Assembly (NCBI GenBank): GCA_049287005.1
Contig: JBAQEZ010000003.1
Coordinates: forward strand, 533,808 to 597,807
Direction: 5' to 3'
Source of the DNA: Candidatus Moraniibacteriota bacterium
Lineage (GTDB): Bacteria > Patescibacteriota > Minisyncoccia > Moranbacterales > UBA1568
DNA: 64,000 bases
Made by a program: the position numbers and the translations under genes. The first letter of the stretch is position 1, and every line of letters starts with the position of its first letter. Positions 19,691 through 28,172 of the stretch are shown here, piece after piece. The notes beneath the pieces were generated by a model. The model saw only the letters and a program-made list of their open reading frames with translations, had not been told where the DNA came from and made no database searches.

Positions 19691-20677
19691 TTATGATTCA
19701 AATCCATCCGGGTGATTCTTGTGCCATTGCCAAGCGGTCTCGATAATCTGTTCGACAGTGTCGAAGCGGGGATGCCAGCCGAGCACTGCTTTGGCCTTGC
19801 TTGAGCTGGCCGTCAGTTCCGCTGGATCGCCGGTTCTGCGTGGTTCTTCCCTGACGGCGAAATCAACCCCGGTGATCTTTTTGGCCGCTTCAATCACTGC
19901 GCGAACAGAAACCCCCTTTTCGTTTCCGAGATTGAACGCGTCTGATATATTGTTTTTTTGTAAATAGTCGAGTGCCAAGACATGCGCGTCTGCCAAATCG
20001 GAGACGTGGACATAGTCTCGTACGCATGTTCCATCGGGAGTCGGGTAGTCTGTTCCGAAAATCTGTATCGTATCGCGTTTGCTGAGTGCGGCGAAGAGAG
20101 CAAGCGGGATAAGATGGGTTTCTTTGCTGTGGTGTTCGCCGATTGCACCACTCGGATCAGCTCCGGCGGCGTTGAAATAACGCAGGGAAACTGACCGGAG
20201 TCCATAGGCATGGTCGTAAGCACTCAATATCTGTTCGAACATCCATTTTGTCAGGCCGTAGACATTGGTGGGGTTTTTCGGGACTGTTTCTTCTATCGGC
20301 ATCTGCTCTGGTGCTCCGTAGACGGCTGCCGAAGAGGAAAAGACGATTTGTTTCACGTCGTGTTTGAGCATGATTTCCAGGAGATTCAGCCCGCAGACGA
20401 GATTATCGTCAAAAAAACGCCTGGGGTCAGTCATCGACTCTCCCGCTTCGGTGCTGCCGGCGAAATGGACGACTGCGTCGAAGGCGTTCTCGGAAAAAAC
20501 TTTTTCCACGTCATCTTTGTTCGCGAGATCGCCTACGACGAGCGTGAAGTCCCGGACGGCGTCTCTGTGTCCGGAAGAAAGGTTATCGAAAATGACGACC
20601 TCATGCTGGGCTTCACGGAGCCTTTGTACGGTATGGGAGCCGATGTAGCCGGCTCCGCCGGTAACGAGAATGTTCAT
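19691..20677 (-). CDS. galE: UDP-glucose 4-epimerase
   Basis: MNILVTGGAGYIGSH is the Rossmann motif. YGLTKWM is the YxxxK motif. Length is 328 aa. Confidence 0.85.
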   Translation of the reverse strand: MNILVTGGAGYIGSHTVQRLREAQHEVVIFDNLSSGHRDAVRDFTLVVGDLANKDDVEKVFSENAFDAVVHFAGSTEAGESMTDPRRFFDDNLVCGLNLLEIMLKHDVKQIVFSSSAAVYGAPEQMPIEETVPKNPTNVYGLTKWMFEQILSAYDHAYGLRSVSLRYFNAAGADPSGAIGEHHSKETHLIPLALFAALSKRDTIQIFGTDYPTPDGTCVRDYVHVSDLADAHVLALDYLQKNNISDAFNLGNEKGVSVRAVIEAAKKITGVDFAVREEPRRTGDPAELTASSSKAKAVLGWHPRFDTVEQIIETAWQWHKNHPDGFES

Positions 20678-20680
20678 AGG

Positions 20681-20760
20681 AGAGAGTTTAGAAAGTCAGA
20701 AAATCTATCAAGTAAAAAGTTCATCAAGTCTATAAAGTTAAGAAAGTCTATAAAGATGTT
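20681..20760. repeat. intergenic repeat, copy 2, of the same motif family, upstream of galE on the minus strand
   Basis: AAGTCTATAAAGTTA (20726-20740), AAGTTAAGAAAGT, AAGTCTATAAAGATG (20744-20758), plus GAGAGAGT / GAAAGTCAGA blocks shared with copy 1. Confidence 0.55.
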
Positions 20761-20796
20761 TTTTTGTGTTCTTTACTTTACGAACTTTCCCACTTT

Positions 20797-21552
20797 TCAC
20801 TTTACAAACTCCTTCTCTTTATATCTTCCCATCCAGTCATTGAGACGGATCTTGAGAAGAGCGAAGATCATATTGACCGGATCTCGGAAAACATCGACAT
20901 TGGTGTTGCGAGGGTCTTTTTTGATGTGAACGGGAAGGATGGCGACCTTGGCATTGTATTTGCGCGCTAGAAACAACAGCTCCGCGTCGAAAGCGAAGCG
21001 TTTGATCGTAATTTTATTGAAAAGTTTGAAGGCGATCTGCCGGCGGAACAGCTTGAAGCCGCACTGCGTGTCGGAAAATTCGAAATTACCGAGCACGAGT
21101 ATCTGAAAGAGATGAAAGCCGCGAGCCAGGATAGCGCGATGCCACGGGGATTTTTCCTCGAAACTGGAACCAGAGACGAGACGGGAAGCGATGGCGATAT
21201 CCGCGGATTTGATGGCAGAGATGAACTTTTCCAGTTCGTGGATCGGGATGGTCAGGTCGGCATCGATGAAGAGGACGAGATCATATTTCGAGGCCAGCAC
21301 GCCGGCCTTGACTGCGGCGCCTTTGCCTTGATTCTTCGCGAAGGGAATGAGGATGAGCGGTACTTCCGGATGCTCGTTGCCGTACCGCTCGACATTCTCT
21401 CTGGTGTTATCGGGACTGCCGTCGGTAACGATAATAATTTCATACTGCTCGAAACGCTCTTTGAGATACTCGTAGAGCGTTTGGATATTGGTTGCTATCA
21501 CCTCGGATTCTTTGTAGCACGGGACGACGACGGAAATATGATTGAATGGCAT
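20797..21552 (-). CDS. short DPM1-like family 2 glycosyltransferase
   Basis: ISVVVPCYKESEVIATNI...IIIVTDGSPDNT...IDADLT. Confidence 0.75.
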   Translation of the reverse strand: MPFNHISVVVPCYKESEVIATNIQTLYEYLKERFEQYEIIIVTDGSPDNTRENVERYGNEHPEVPLILIPFAKNQGKGAAVKAGVLASKYDLVLFIDADLTIPIHELEKFISAIKSADIAIASRLVSGSSFEEKSPWHRAILARGFHLFQILVLGNFEFSDTQCGFKLFRRQIAFKLFNKITIKRFAFDAELLFLARKYNAKVAILPVHIKKDPRNTNVDVFRDPVNMIFALLKIRLNDWMGRYKEKEFVK

Positions 21553-21873
21553 AGAGGGGAATATGATTTTCTTGGGATTCAGCGTAGGTTCAGTATACCA
21601 GGAAATGAGGCATATTGGAAGATTTTACCAGGCCCTGTTTGTCAAAAGTCTCTTTCTTCGTTATTATTGAAACAGAGAATAAGGCGTGGATTGAGAGAAT
21701 GTAACAGATTCTAGAATAATCATTTACAAGCTTCGCTACTGGAATGCCCGGCAGCGGGACTTTGGTTGGATCCAAAAAAGTTTGACAAAGTAGCCTCTAT
21801 AATTAAAAGTAGCATTAACTTGAACCTCCTGCAGCTTACGAAAGAAAAGTTGTCGAAGTTTCACTGACCAGGA

Positions 21874-22815
21874 ATGGAAGAAAATAAATTTTATCTATCG
21901 GTCGTGGTTCCGCTCTACAATGAAGAGGGGAATGTGAAGGAATTGTATCGCAAGATATATGAGGCGGTCCAAAAGATCGGACGGCCGTTTGAGATCATCT
22001 TCATCGATGATGGGTCCAAAGATGGCACATTGGCTGCCGCGCAAGGACTCTTGCCGCTCAAGCTGATCGTTTTTCGCAAGAACTTCGGACAGACGGCGGC
22101 TTTCGACGCGGGCATCAAAGCCGCACGCGGAGAAATCATCATCACGCTCGACGGCGATCTGCAGAATGATCCGGCGGATATCCCGCTCCTCTTGGCCAAG
22201 ATAGACGAGGGCTATGACGTCGTATCCGGTTGGCGCGTGAAACGCCAGGATCCCTGGAGCAAGAAAATCCCGTCACGCATCGCTAACCTGCTCCGCAAAA
22301 TATTGATCCACGACAACATCCATGATTCGGGGTGCAGCCTGAAGGCCTACCGCCGCGAGTGCTTCAAGGACGTCGACCTCTTCGGTGAGATGCACCGTTT
22401 CATCCCTGCTATCCTCGAGCTGGACGGCTTCAGAGTCGGGGAGGTGGCCGTATCCCATCATCCTCGGATACACGGCGTGACCAAATACAACTGGAAGCGC
22501 GGCATCAAGGGATTCGTCGACATGCTTTCCATCTGGTTCTGGCGCAAATACTCCTATCGCCCGCTTCATCTGTTTGGTGGCGGCGGCGTGTTTCTGTTTA
22601 CCGTCGGTACCGGCATTCTCCTGTGGATGCTCGCTCTGAAGCTCGTTTTTCATGCCTCTCTCGCTGAGCGCCTCTGGCCGCTCATCGGCGTCTTCTTCGT
22701 GCTGATCGGCGTGCAACTTTTCGTTTCCGGCTTGCTCGCTGATATGGTGGTGCGCAACTATTACCAGACCCGCAATCGGATGAATTACGCGATTCGAGAA
22801 GTGCGCGAACAGTAA
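21874..22815 (+). CDS. polyprenyl-phosphate glycosyltransferase, GtrB/ArnC-like (GT2 catalytic domain with two C-terminal TM helices)
   Basis: LSVVVPLYNEEGNV...IFIDDGSKDGT...LDGDLQNDP. The C-terminal hydrophobic pair is FGGGGVFLFTVGTGILLWML and LIGVFFVLIGVQLFVSGLLADMVV. Confidence 0.8.
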   Translation: MEENKFYLSVVVPLYNEEGNVKELYRKIYEAVQKIGRPFEIIFIDDGSKDGTLAAAQGLLPLKLIVFRKNFGQTAAFDAGIKAARGEIIITLDGDLQNDPADIPLLLAKIDEGYDVVSGWRVKRQDPWSKKIPSRIANLLRKILIHDNIHDSGCSLKAYRRECFKDVDLFGEMHRFIPAILELDGFRVGEVAVSHHPRIHGVTKYNWKRGIKGFVDMLSIWFWRKYSYRPLHLFGGGGVFLFTVGTGILLWMLALKLVFHASLAERLWPLIGVFFVLIGVQLFVSGLLADMVVRNYYQTRNRMNYAIREVREQ

Positions 22816-22837
22816 TAATTTTTTAAGAAGATCTGTT

Positions 22838-24148
22838 ATGAAGGTTACTTTTCTGGGGACCGGATATGTCGGTCTCGTCTCGGGCTCGTGTATGGCGGAA
22901 ATCGGTCATGAGGTCGTTTGCGCGGATATCGACAAGAAAAAAATCGCCATTTTGAAAAAAGGCGGTATTCCCATCTATGAAATCGGACTGGAAGAGATCG
23001 TCGAGCGCAACGTCAAGGAAGGCCGTCTGACGTTCACCACGGATCTCAAAAAAGCGATCCAAGATTCCGAGGTGGTCTTCATGGCCGTCGGTACTCCGGA
23101 AGACAAGGTGACAGGCCAGGCCGATCTCCAGTATGTTTTCCAAGTGGCCGAAACATTCGGCAAGCATCTGAACGGTTACAAGCTCTTCGTCGACAAATCG
23201 ACCGTGCCCGTCGGGACGGCCGAGAAAGTGGAAGAGATCATCAAGAAAGCCTCCAAGGGCAAGCATCCTTTCGAAGTGGTTTCCAATCCTGAATTCCTGC
23301 GCGAAGGAGCCGCGGTCAAGGACTTCTTGAACCCCGATCGGGTCGTCGTGGGGACCAGATCAGTCAAGGCGCGCAAACTCATGGAGCAGATCTATCGTCC
23401 TATAGCTCGTTCCGGCCGCCCGATCATGTTCACCGATACGCGGAGCGCGGAAATCATCAAATACGCCGCCAATGCCTTTCTCGCCATGAAGATCACTTTC
23501 ATGAACGAGGTCGCGAATTTTTGCGACGTGGCCGGGGGCAACGTGAAAGAAATCGCCAAAGGTCTCGGGTATGACAGCCGTATCGGAGCCCGTTTCCTCT
23601 ATGCCGGCATCGGGTACGGCGGTTCCTGTTTCCCCAAAGACGTGAAGGCCTTCATCAAGACCGGGCATGAGTATGATTCCCATTTCCGCTTGATCGAGAT
23701 GGTGGATGAGATCAATGTCGATCAGCGCATCAAGCCGTTCGTAAAATTGAAGGAACTTTTCGGTGACAAGCTGAAAAACAAGACCATCGCGGTATGGGGA
23801 CTGGCTTTCAAGCCACGTACCGACGACGTGCGTGAAGCTCCGGGATTGCAGAATATTCGCATGTTCCTCGATGCTGGAGCCCAGGTCCAAGCTTTCGACC
23901 CGGTAGCCATGCCCAATGCCAAGCAATTGATGCAGCATAAAAATCTGATCTACGCCAAGAAAGCCTTGGACGCGCTCAAGGGTGCGGATGTGCTCGTCAT
24001 CTGCACTGAGTGGGATGAGTTCCGCGTTGTCGATTTCAAGGATCTGAAAAAGCTGATGAAAGGCAATGTCATCTTCGACGGCCGCAATGTGCTCGAACGG
24101 AGCGAATGTGAAACCGCCGGCTTCACCTATTTCGGTATCGGGGTCTAG
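22838..24148 (+). CDS. ugd: UDP-glucose 6-dehydrogenase
   Basis: MKVTFLGTGYVGLVSGSCMAEIGHEVVCADID is the N-terminal NAD-binding motif. The catalytic Cys is in GGSCFPKD. Length is 436 aa. Confidence 0.85.
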   Translation: MKVTFLGTGYVGLVSGSCMAEIGHEVVCADIDKKKIAILKKGGIPIYEIGLEEIVERNVKEGRLTFTTDLKKAIQDSEVVFMAVGTPEDKVTGQADLQYVFQVAETFGKHLNGYKLFVDKSTVPVGTAEKVEEIIKKASKGKHPFEVVSNPEFLREGAAVKDFLNPDRVVVGTRSVKARKLMEQIYRPIARSGRPIMFTDTRSAEIIKYAANAFLAMKITFMNEVANFCDVAGGNVKEIAKGLGYDSRIGARFLYAGIGYGGSCFPKDVKAFIKTGHEYDSHFRLIEMVDEINVDQRIKPFVKLKELFGDKLKNKTIAVWGLAFKPRTDDVREAPGLQNIRMFLDAGAQVQAFDPVAMPNAKQLMQHKNLIYAKKALDALKGADVLVICTEWDEFRVVDFKDLKKLMKGNVIFDGRNVLERSECETAGFTYFGIGV

Positions 24149-24192
24149 TGACAATCACCAATCACCAAGTTTCAATCATCAAGGGAATTCCA

Positions 24193-25359
24193 ATGAAGAT
24201 TTTATTCTTGAACTATGAATATCCGCCGCTCGGTGGTGGCGCGGGAAACGCGACTGCCTATTTGCTCAAGGAATACTCCCGCTTTCCTGATCTGGAAGTC
24301 CATCTCGTGACTTCGTCAGCCGACGCGGAGGAACATCATATTTCCGTCGGGAACAATGTCACCGTCCATTCCATTCCGATCGGGAAAGACGGAAAGAATC
24401 TGCACCACCAATCCGAAAAGGAATTATTGACCTATGCCTGGCGAGGCTATCATTTCGCCAACAAGATGCTTCGGGAGAGCCGTTTCGATGCTATCCACGC
24501 GTTTTTTACGGTACCGTGCGGGTACATGGCGATGCGGCTTGGGCAAAAATACGGCGTACCGTATATCGTTTCGCTCCGCGGTGCCGACGTGCCGGGGTAC
24601 AGCGAACGCTTTACCTTGCTCTATTCTCTCCTCAAACCTCTGACCCGCAAGATATGGGCCAGAGCTTCGCGTGTGGTCTCCAACAGCTCTGGCCTTCGAG
24701 CGCTGGCTCTCCAGACCAAGACGTCGCAAGTGATCTCTATCATCCCGAACGGCATCGATATTGAAGAGTTCAAGCCGCTGCCAGAGAAAGAGAAAGATGG
24801 TTACGTCCGTATCCTCTGCGTTTCCCGTTTGACGCCGCGCAAAGGTATCCGCTATCTGCTGCAAGCCATGCAGATGCTTCTCATCAAAGATGCGGAGCGG
24901 AAAATCGAACTGTGGATCGCGGGGGAGGGCGACGAGACGGAGAGTCTGAAAGCATTGTCACGCGAGCTTGGTATCGATACCAAGGTGAAATTTTTCGGCC
25001 GCGTAGCGCACGAAAATGTGGCCGCCCATTATCAGACCGCGGATATTTTCTGCCTGCCTTCGCTCAATGAAGGGATGAGCAACACCATGCTCGAAGCTCT
25101 GGCTTCCGGCATGCCGATCGTCGCTACCGTGACGGGCGGGACGGAAGAACTGGTTGGGGACGGCGAGAACGGATTCTTCATCAAGCAGCATTCCGCCGAA
25201 GATATAGCGGCAAAACTGGAAGCGCTGATCAGCGACGATGCCCTACGCGCCCGTTTCGGCCAGGCCAGCCGGGTACGAGCCGAAACGATGAGCTGGAAAA
25301 ATGTCGCGGCCGCCTATTGCGATCTGTATCAAGAAGCTGCGCAAAAGGAAACCGTATAA
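24193..25359 (+). CDS. family 4 glycosyltransferase
   Basis: EGMSNTMLEALASGMPIVAT. The start is placed at MKILFLN. The longest ORF begins at 24148. Confidence 0.75.
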   Translation: MKILFLNYEYPPLGGGAGNATAYLLKEYSRFPDLEVHLVTSSADAEEHHISVGNNVTVHSIPIGKDGKNLHHQSEKELLTYAWRGYHFANKMLRESRFDAIHAFFTVPCGYMAMRLGQKYGVPYIVSLRGADVPGYSERFTLLYSLLKPLTRKIWARASRVVSNSSGLRALALQTKTSQVISIIPNGIDIEEFKPLPEKEKDGYVRILCVSRLTPRKGIRYLLQAMQMLLIKDAERKIELWIAGEGDETESLKALSRELGIDTKVKFFGRVAHENVAAHYQTADIFCLPSLNEGMSNTMLEALASGMPIVATVTGGTEELVGDGENGFFIKQHSAEDIAAKLEALISDDALRARFGQASRVRAETMSWKNVAAAYCDLYQEAAQKETV

Positions 25360-25398
25360 AAGGGTTTGTCAGTATCAGAAAATTTTGGAAAATTTAAA

Positions 25399-25436
25399 AG
25401 CCGGGGAACGTAGTTATCGTTCAGCCGGCTTTTTTA
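25399..25436. terminator. bidirectional rho-independent terminator between convergent genes
   Basis: AGCCGGGGAACG, a 7-nt loop, CGTTCAGCCGGCT, then TTTTTT. An A-run on the other side makes it bidirectional. Confidence 0.55.
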
Positions 25437-25453
25437 TTGCACTGACACGCTGG

Positions 25454-26407
25454 TCAGTAGTCTGGATGCCTGTAGGACTCCATGACGCCACCCTTGAGGA
25501 AGGAGAGATCTGCCCCTTCGCTGTTCGCGAAGTATGTATGGCGCTCCTTCTTGGTGCCCATCTTGTTGATGTGACGTTCGTAGCCTACCCGGTCGATAGC
25601 CGGATCAGGTACAATGTAGCGTTGCACATCATCACCTTGCGGGAGGATGGGAGCGATGCACTGGCCGAACGTGTCAATCAGGCGAACCAGCGGGATGATT
25701 TCTTCCACCCCGGCCAGATCATAGGTCCAGTCCGGTTCGTCACGGGATTTGTCCCAGGCGCGAACCTTGTGGCTGATGATGGCGTTCTTCTTGGGCTTGG
25801 CCGCCCGGAGATCAAACCCGCCTACTTGCAGGAGGGAGGTGATATGCCACATGGCCATGGTATTGGCGATGCGACCCTCCATGATGCTTTCCGTGAGTTC
25901 ATTCAGAGCAACGCCGATGGCAAGGGCGCCATCTTCGGCGGCCTGGACTATTGCTTCAGCCGTTGTCTGGTTGAAGTAGGACCCCGCTTCCTTGGAAGCG
26001 ATAATGCCATAATCACAGCCGGCGCGCGAGAGGCGAGCCATGCCGTAGTTGAGGATCCCGCAGAAGAGGTCACCGTGTTTGACCTCGGATACAAATATGC
26101 GTCCCTTGGCCCACGACAATAAATCGATAGCGATACGGAGTGCTTTCGCCGTTTCGCCGCAGTCGACATCGCTATATCCCTCGTCTCGGGGGATGAGGAT
26201 TTCGATGTGCCTGACGATAGGCTGTCCGTCGACCGCGATGGTCAAGAACTTTTCGGCAAGCTCAAGCGTTTGAGCGACAGCGCCGGAAACGAATTCCGGT
26301 TTCTTGGCGAACACTCGCAAGAGGGCACCGATTTTTTTGCTATGCAGTAGGTTTTTCATGCGAATCTCCAATTGGTAGGCTCTCAGGGTTCTGATCCCTT
26401 TGAGCAT
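25454..26407 (-). CDS. hypothetical protein (stand-alone transcription unit)
   Basis: 317-aa ORF with no recognised motif. It is flanked by a consensus promoter upstream and a hairpin terminator downstream. It might have a nucleotide-binding alpha/beta fold, but that is a guess. Confidence 0.4.
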   Translation of the reverse strand: MLKGIRTLRAYQLEIRMKNLLHSKKIGALLRVFAKKPEFVSGAVAQTLELAEKFLTIAVDGQPIVRHIEILIPRDEGYSDVDCGETAKALRIAIDLLSWAKGRIFVSEVKHGDLFCGILNYGMARLSRAGCDYGIIASKEAGSYFNQTTAEAIVQAAEDGALAIGVALNELTESIMEGRIANTMAMWHITSLLQVGGFDLRAAKPKKNAIISHKVRAWDKSRDEPDWTYDLAGVEEIIPLVRLIDTFGQCIAPILPQGDDVQRYIVPDPAIDRVGYERHINKMGTKKERHTYFANSEGADLSFLKGGVMESYRHPDY

Positions 26408-26472
26408 CTTGGGTTTTTAAAGCCTGCCGGGTGGCAGGGGAACTCTGTCGAGCTTTTTTAACTCAACTAGCT

Positions 26473-26501
26473 ATTATAGCAAATTTCCACTGTTTTGTCA
26501 A
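26473..26501 (-). promoter_or_regulatory. exact consensus sigma70 promoter TTGACA-17-TATAAT on the minus strand driving the gene at 26407
   Basis: Minus-strand TTGACA corresponds to plus 26496-26501. There is a 17-nt spacer. TATAAT corresponds to plus 26473-26478. Confidence 0.6.
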
Positions 26502-26587
26502 TGGTGGAGCAAGGCTAAAAATGGCTTGGGAATGGAAAAAAATTGCGATGTATGGTAAAGTAAAGGAGAAATCACTCGCTACAAAAT

Positions 26588-27514
26588 ATGCGTAAAAAGC
26601 TTCTGACTGCGGGGAAAATCCTGATAACCTTTGGACTGGTGTTCTGGCTGATCGAGCGGGTCGATTGGGGGAGTGTCCTTGTCAAGCTCACGGCGATTTC
26701 CTGGCCATTGCTTTTTCTCTATGTCGTTTTCCAGCTTCTGGGCAATGTGGTATCGGCGAAAAAGTGGCAGACCATCGCCCGTTTCAAAACACTTCATTTT
26801 TCTTTGAAGGAGGCGTTCTTCGCGTATCTGACAGGAACCTTTATCAATAACTTCCTGCCATCGACTATCGGCGGCGATGCGTACCGCGCGATGTGGCTCG
26901 CCAAACGATCCGGCGCGAAAGCAGCAGCTTTTTCCACGGTCGTTTTCGATCGTTTCATCGGGCTGTGGACCATAGCGCTTCTGGCGCTCCTCTTCAGCCC
27001 GGTCATGTTCCCTTTTATACGAGAAAGCGTTGCCCTTTCCATTACCTACGGTATTCTGATCGTTTTCTTCGTCCTGGATCTCGTTATCACCTATGTCTAT
27101 TGCAAGTCATGGTTCCATCAACTGGTAGCGCGTTTGCCATTTTTCAAGCTGCGCCGTTTTCTGGAGGAGATCATTTTTTATACCAAAAAACACATCTGGT
27201 TTTCTACCAGCCTGTGGTCGGCACTGTTTATCTTGGTCGGACTCGTGCTTTCCAATTTCACCCTGTTTCACGCCCTCGGGAGCACTGTGAGTATCCTGCC
27301 TTTCGCGAGCGTGATGTTTCTCGTCGCTATCGTCTCGTCCATTCCTATCTCCATCAATAATATCGGTATCAAGGAATGGGCCTACATTACCTTTTTCGCC
27401 TTGATCGGGGTGAATATCGAGACCGCGGTGACTGTGGCGCTCCTCTCGCGCTTTATTCAGATGTCGCTTTCCTTTTTCGCCTTGCCGCATTATCTCGCCA
27501 GCCGCGAGAAGTAG
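26588..27514 (+). CDS. polytopic membrane protein of the lysylphosphatidylglycerol-synthase TM-region / flippase-like family
   Basis: About 8 TM helices. The N-terminal segment KILITFGLVFWLIERVDWGSV and the overall topology resemble the UPF0104/LPG_synthase_TM family often found next to GT2 genes. A terminator follows it. Confidence 0.5.
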   Translation: MRKKLLTAGKILITFGLVFWLIERVDWGSVLVKLTAISWPLLFLYVVFQLLGNVVSAKKWQTIARFKTLHFSLKEAFFAYLTGTFINNFLPSTIGGDAYRAMWLAKRSGAKAAAFSTVVFDRFIGLWTIALLALLFSPVMFPFIRESVALSITYGILIVFFVLDLVITYVYCKSWFHQLVARLPFFKLRRFLEEIIFYTKKHIWFSTSLWSALFILVGLVLSNFTLFHALGSTVSILPFASVMFLVAIVSSIPISINNIGIKEWAYITFFALIGVNIETAVTVALLSRFIQMSLSFFALPHYLASREK

Positions 27515-27537
27515 AAAATATCGTATAAAAATTTCAA

Positions 27538-27575
27538 GAGCCCGGGATTCAGATGAATCCGCGGGCTCTTTTTTC
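27538..27575 (+). terminator. rho-independent terminator after the flippase-like membrane protein gene
   Basis: GAGCCCGGGATTC, a 4-nt loop, GAATCCGCGGGCTC, then TTTTTT. Confidence 0.65.
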
Positions 27576-27587
27576 TTGAGACGTATT

Positions 27588-28046
27588 TCAGGCTGTCAGC
27601 GCCTGCACCCTGTGGCGCGACTGAACCGAGAGCTGATTGCGCTCGTCGAGAATCAGCCTGGACTGACAGCTGAAGATGCTTTGGTTCAAAGCGATCGGCT
27701 TCAGCTCCTCGTAGAGCTGCACGCAAATATTGTCCTCGAACCGCGGGTGCGCCCCGAGCCTTATCAGGACTTTGAACGCAAAGCGGAATGAGAGCGCTCC
27801 GCCTTCTTCTGATAAGAGCGGCCTATGATAAGCGCCAGCCTCATCGCATTCGATGAGGTGCATTTCCGCTCTGACTGCATCGAGGATAGTTGCCCGGATG
27901 CTGCTTCGGTGATCCTGAGGATTCCGTTCGCGGGCTTGCCGCATACTGATCCTGCCGTGTAGGATATCGCTTTCCGTCAGCAGGGCGAGTAACGTATCGC
28001 TCGGAAATATTTCGAGCGGAGAATCCTTTGTGCCTAATGCCATCAT
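27588..28046 (-). CDS. hypothetical protein
   Basis: 152-aa ORF with no motif. It could be spurious. Confidence 0.25.
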   Translation of the reverse strand: MMALGTKDSPLEIFPSDTLLALLTESDILHGRISMRQARERNPQDHRSSIRATILDAVRAEMHLIECDEAGAYHRPLLSEEGGALSFRFAFKVLIRLGAHPRFEDNICVQLYEELKPIALNQSIFSCQSRLILDERNQLSVQSRHRVQALTA

Positions 28047-28172
28047 CTTTATGACTCCTGGGTTGGTTGGACAAGGTACTACAAAAATGAAGTATACGAC
28101 AAAACAGCCTTCCCGTCAAATAGGAGAGGTCTGGAACACTTATTTATAGCGTAATTTTCCTTTGGAAAAGTC

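Noticed and set aside
21782-21803. TTGACA ... TATAAT pair in the divergent region upstream of the GtrB-like gene
   Set aside because: The spacer between the hexamers is only 10 nt. An alternative TTGACA-17-TAAAAG reading has a poor -10. It is not reported as a promoter feature.
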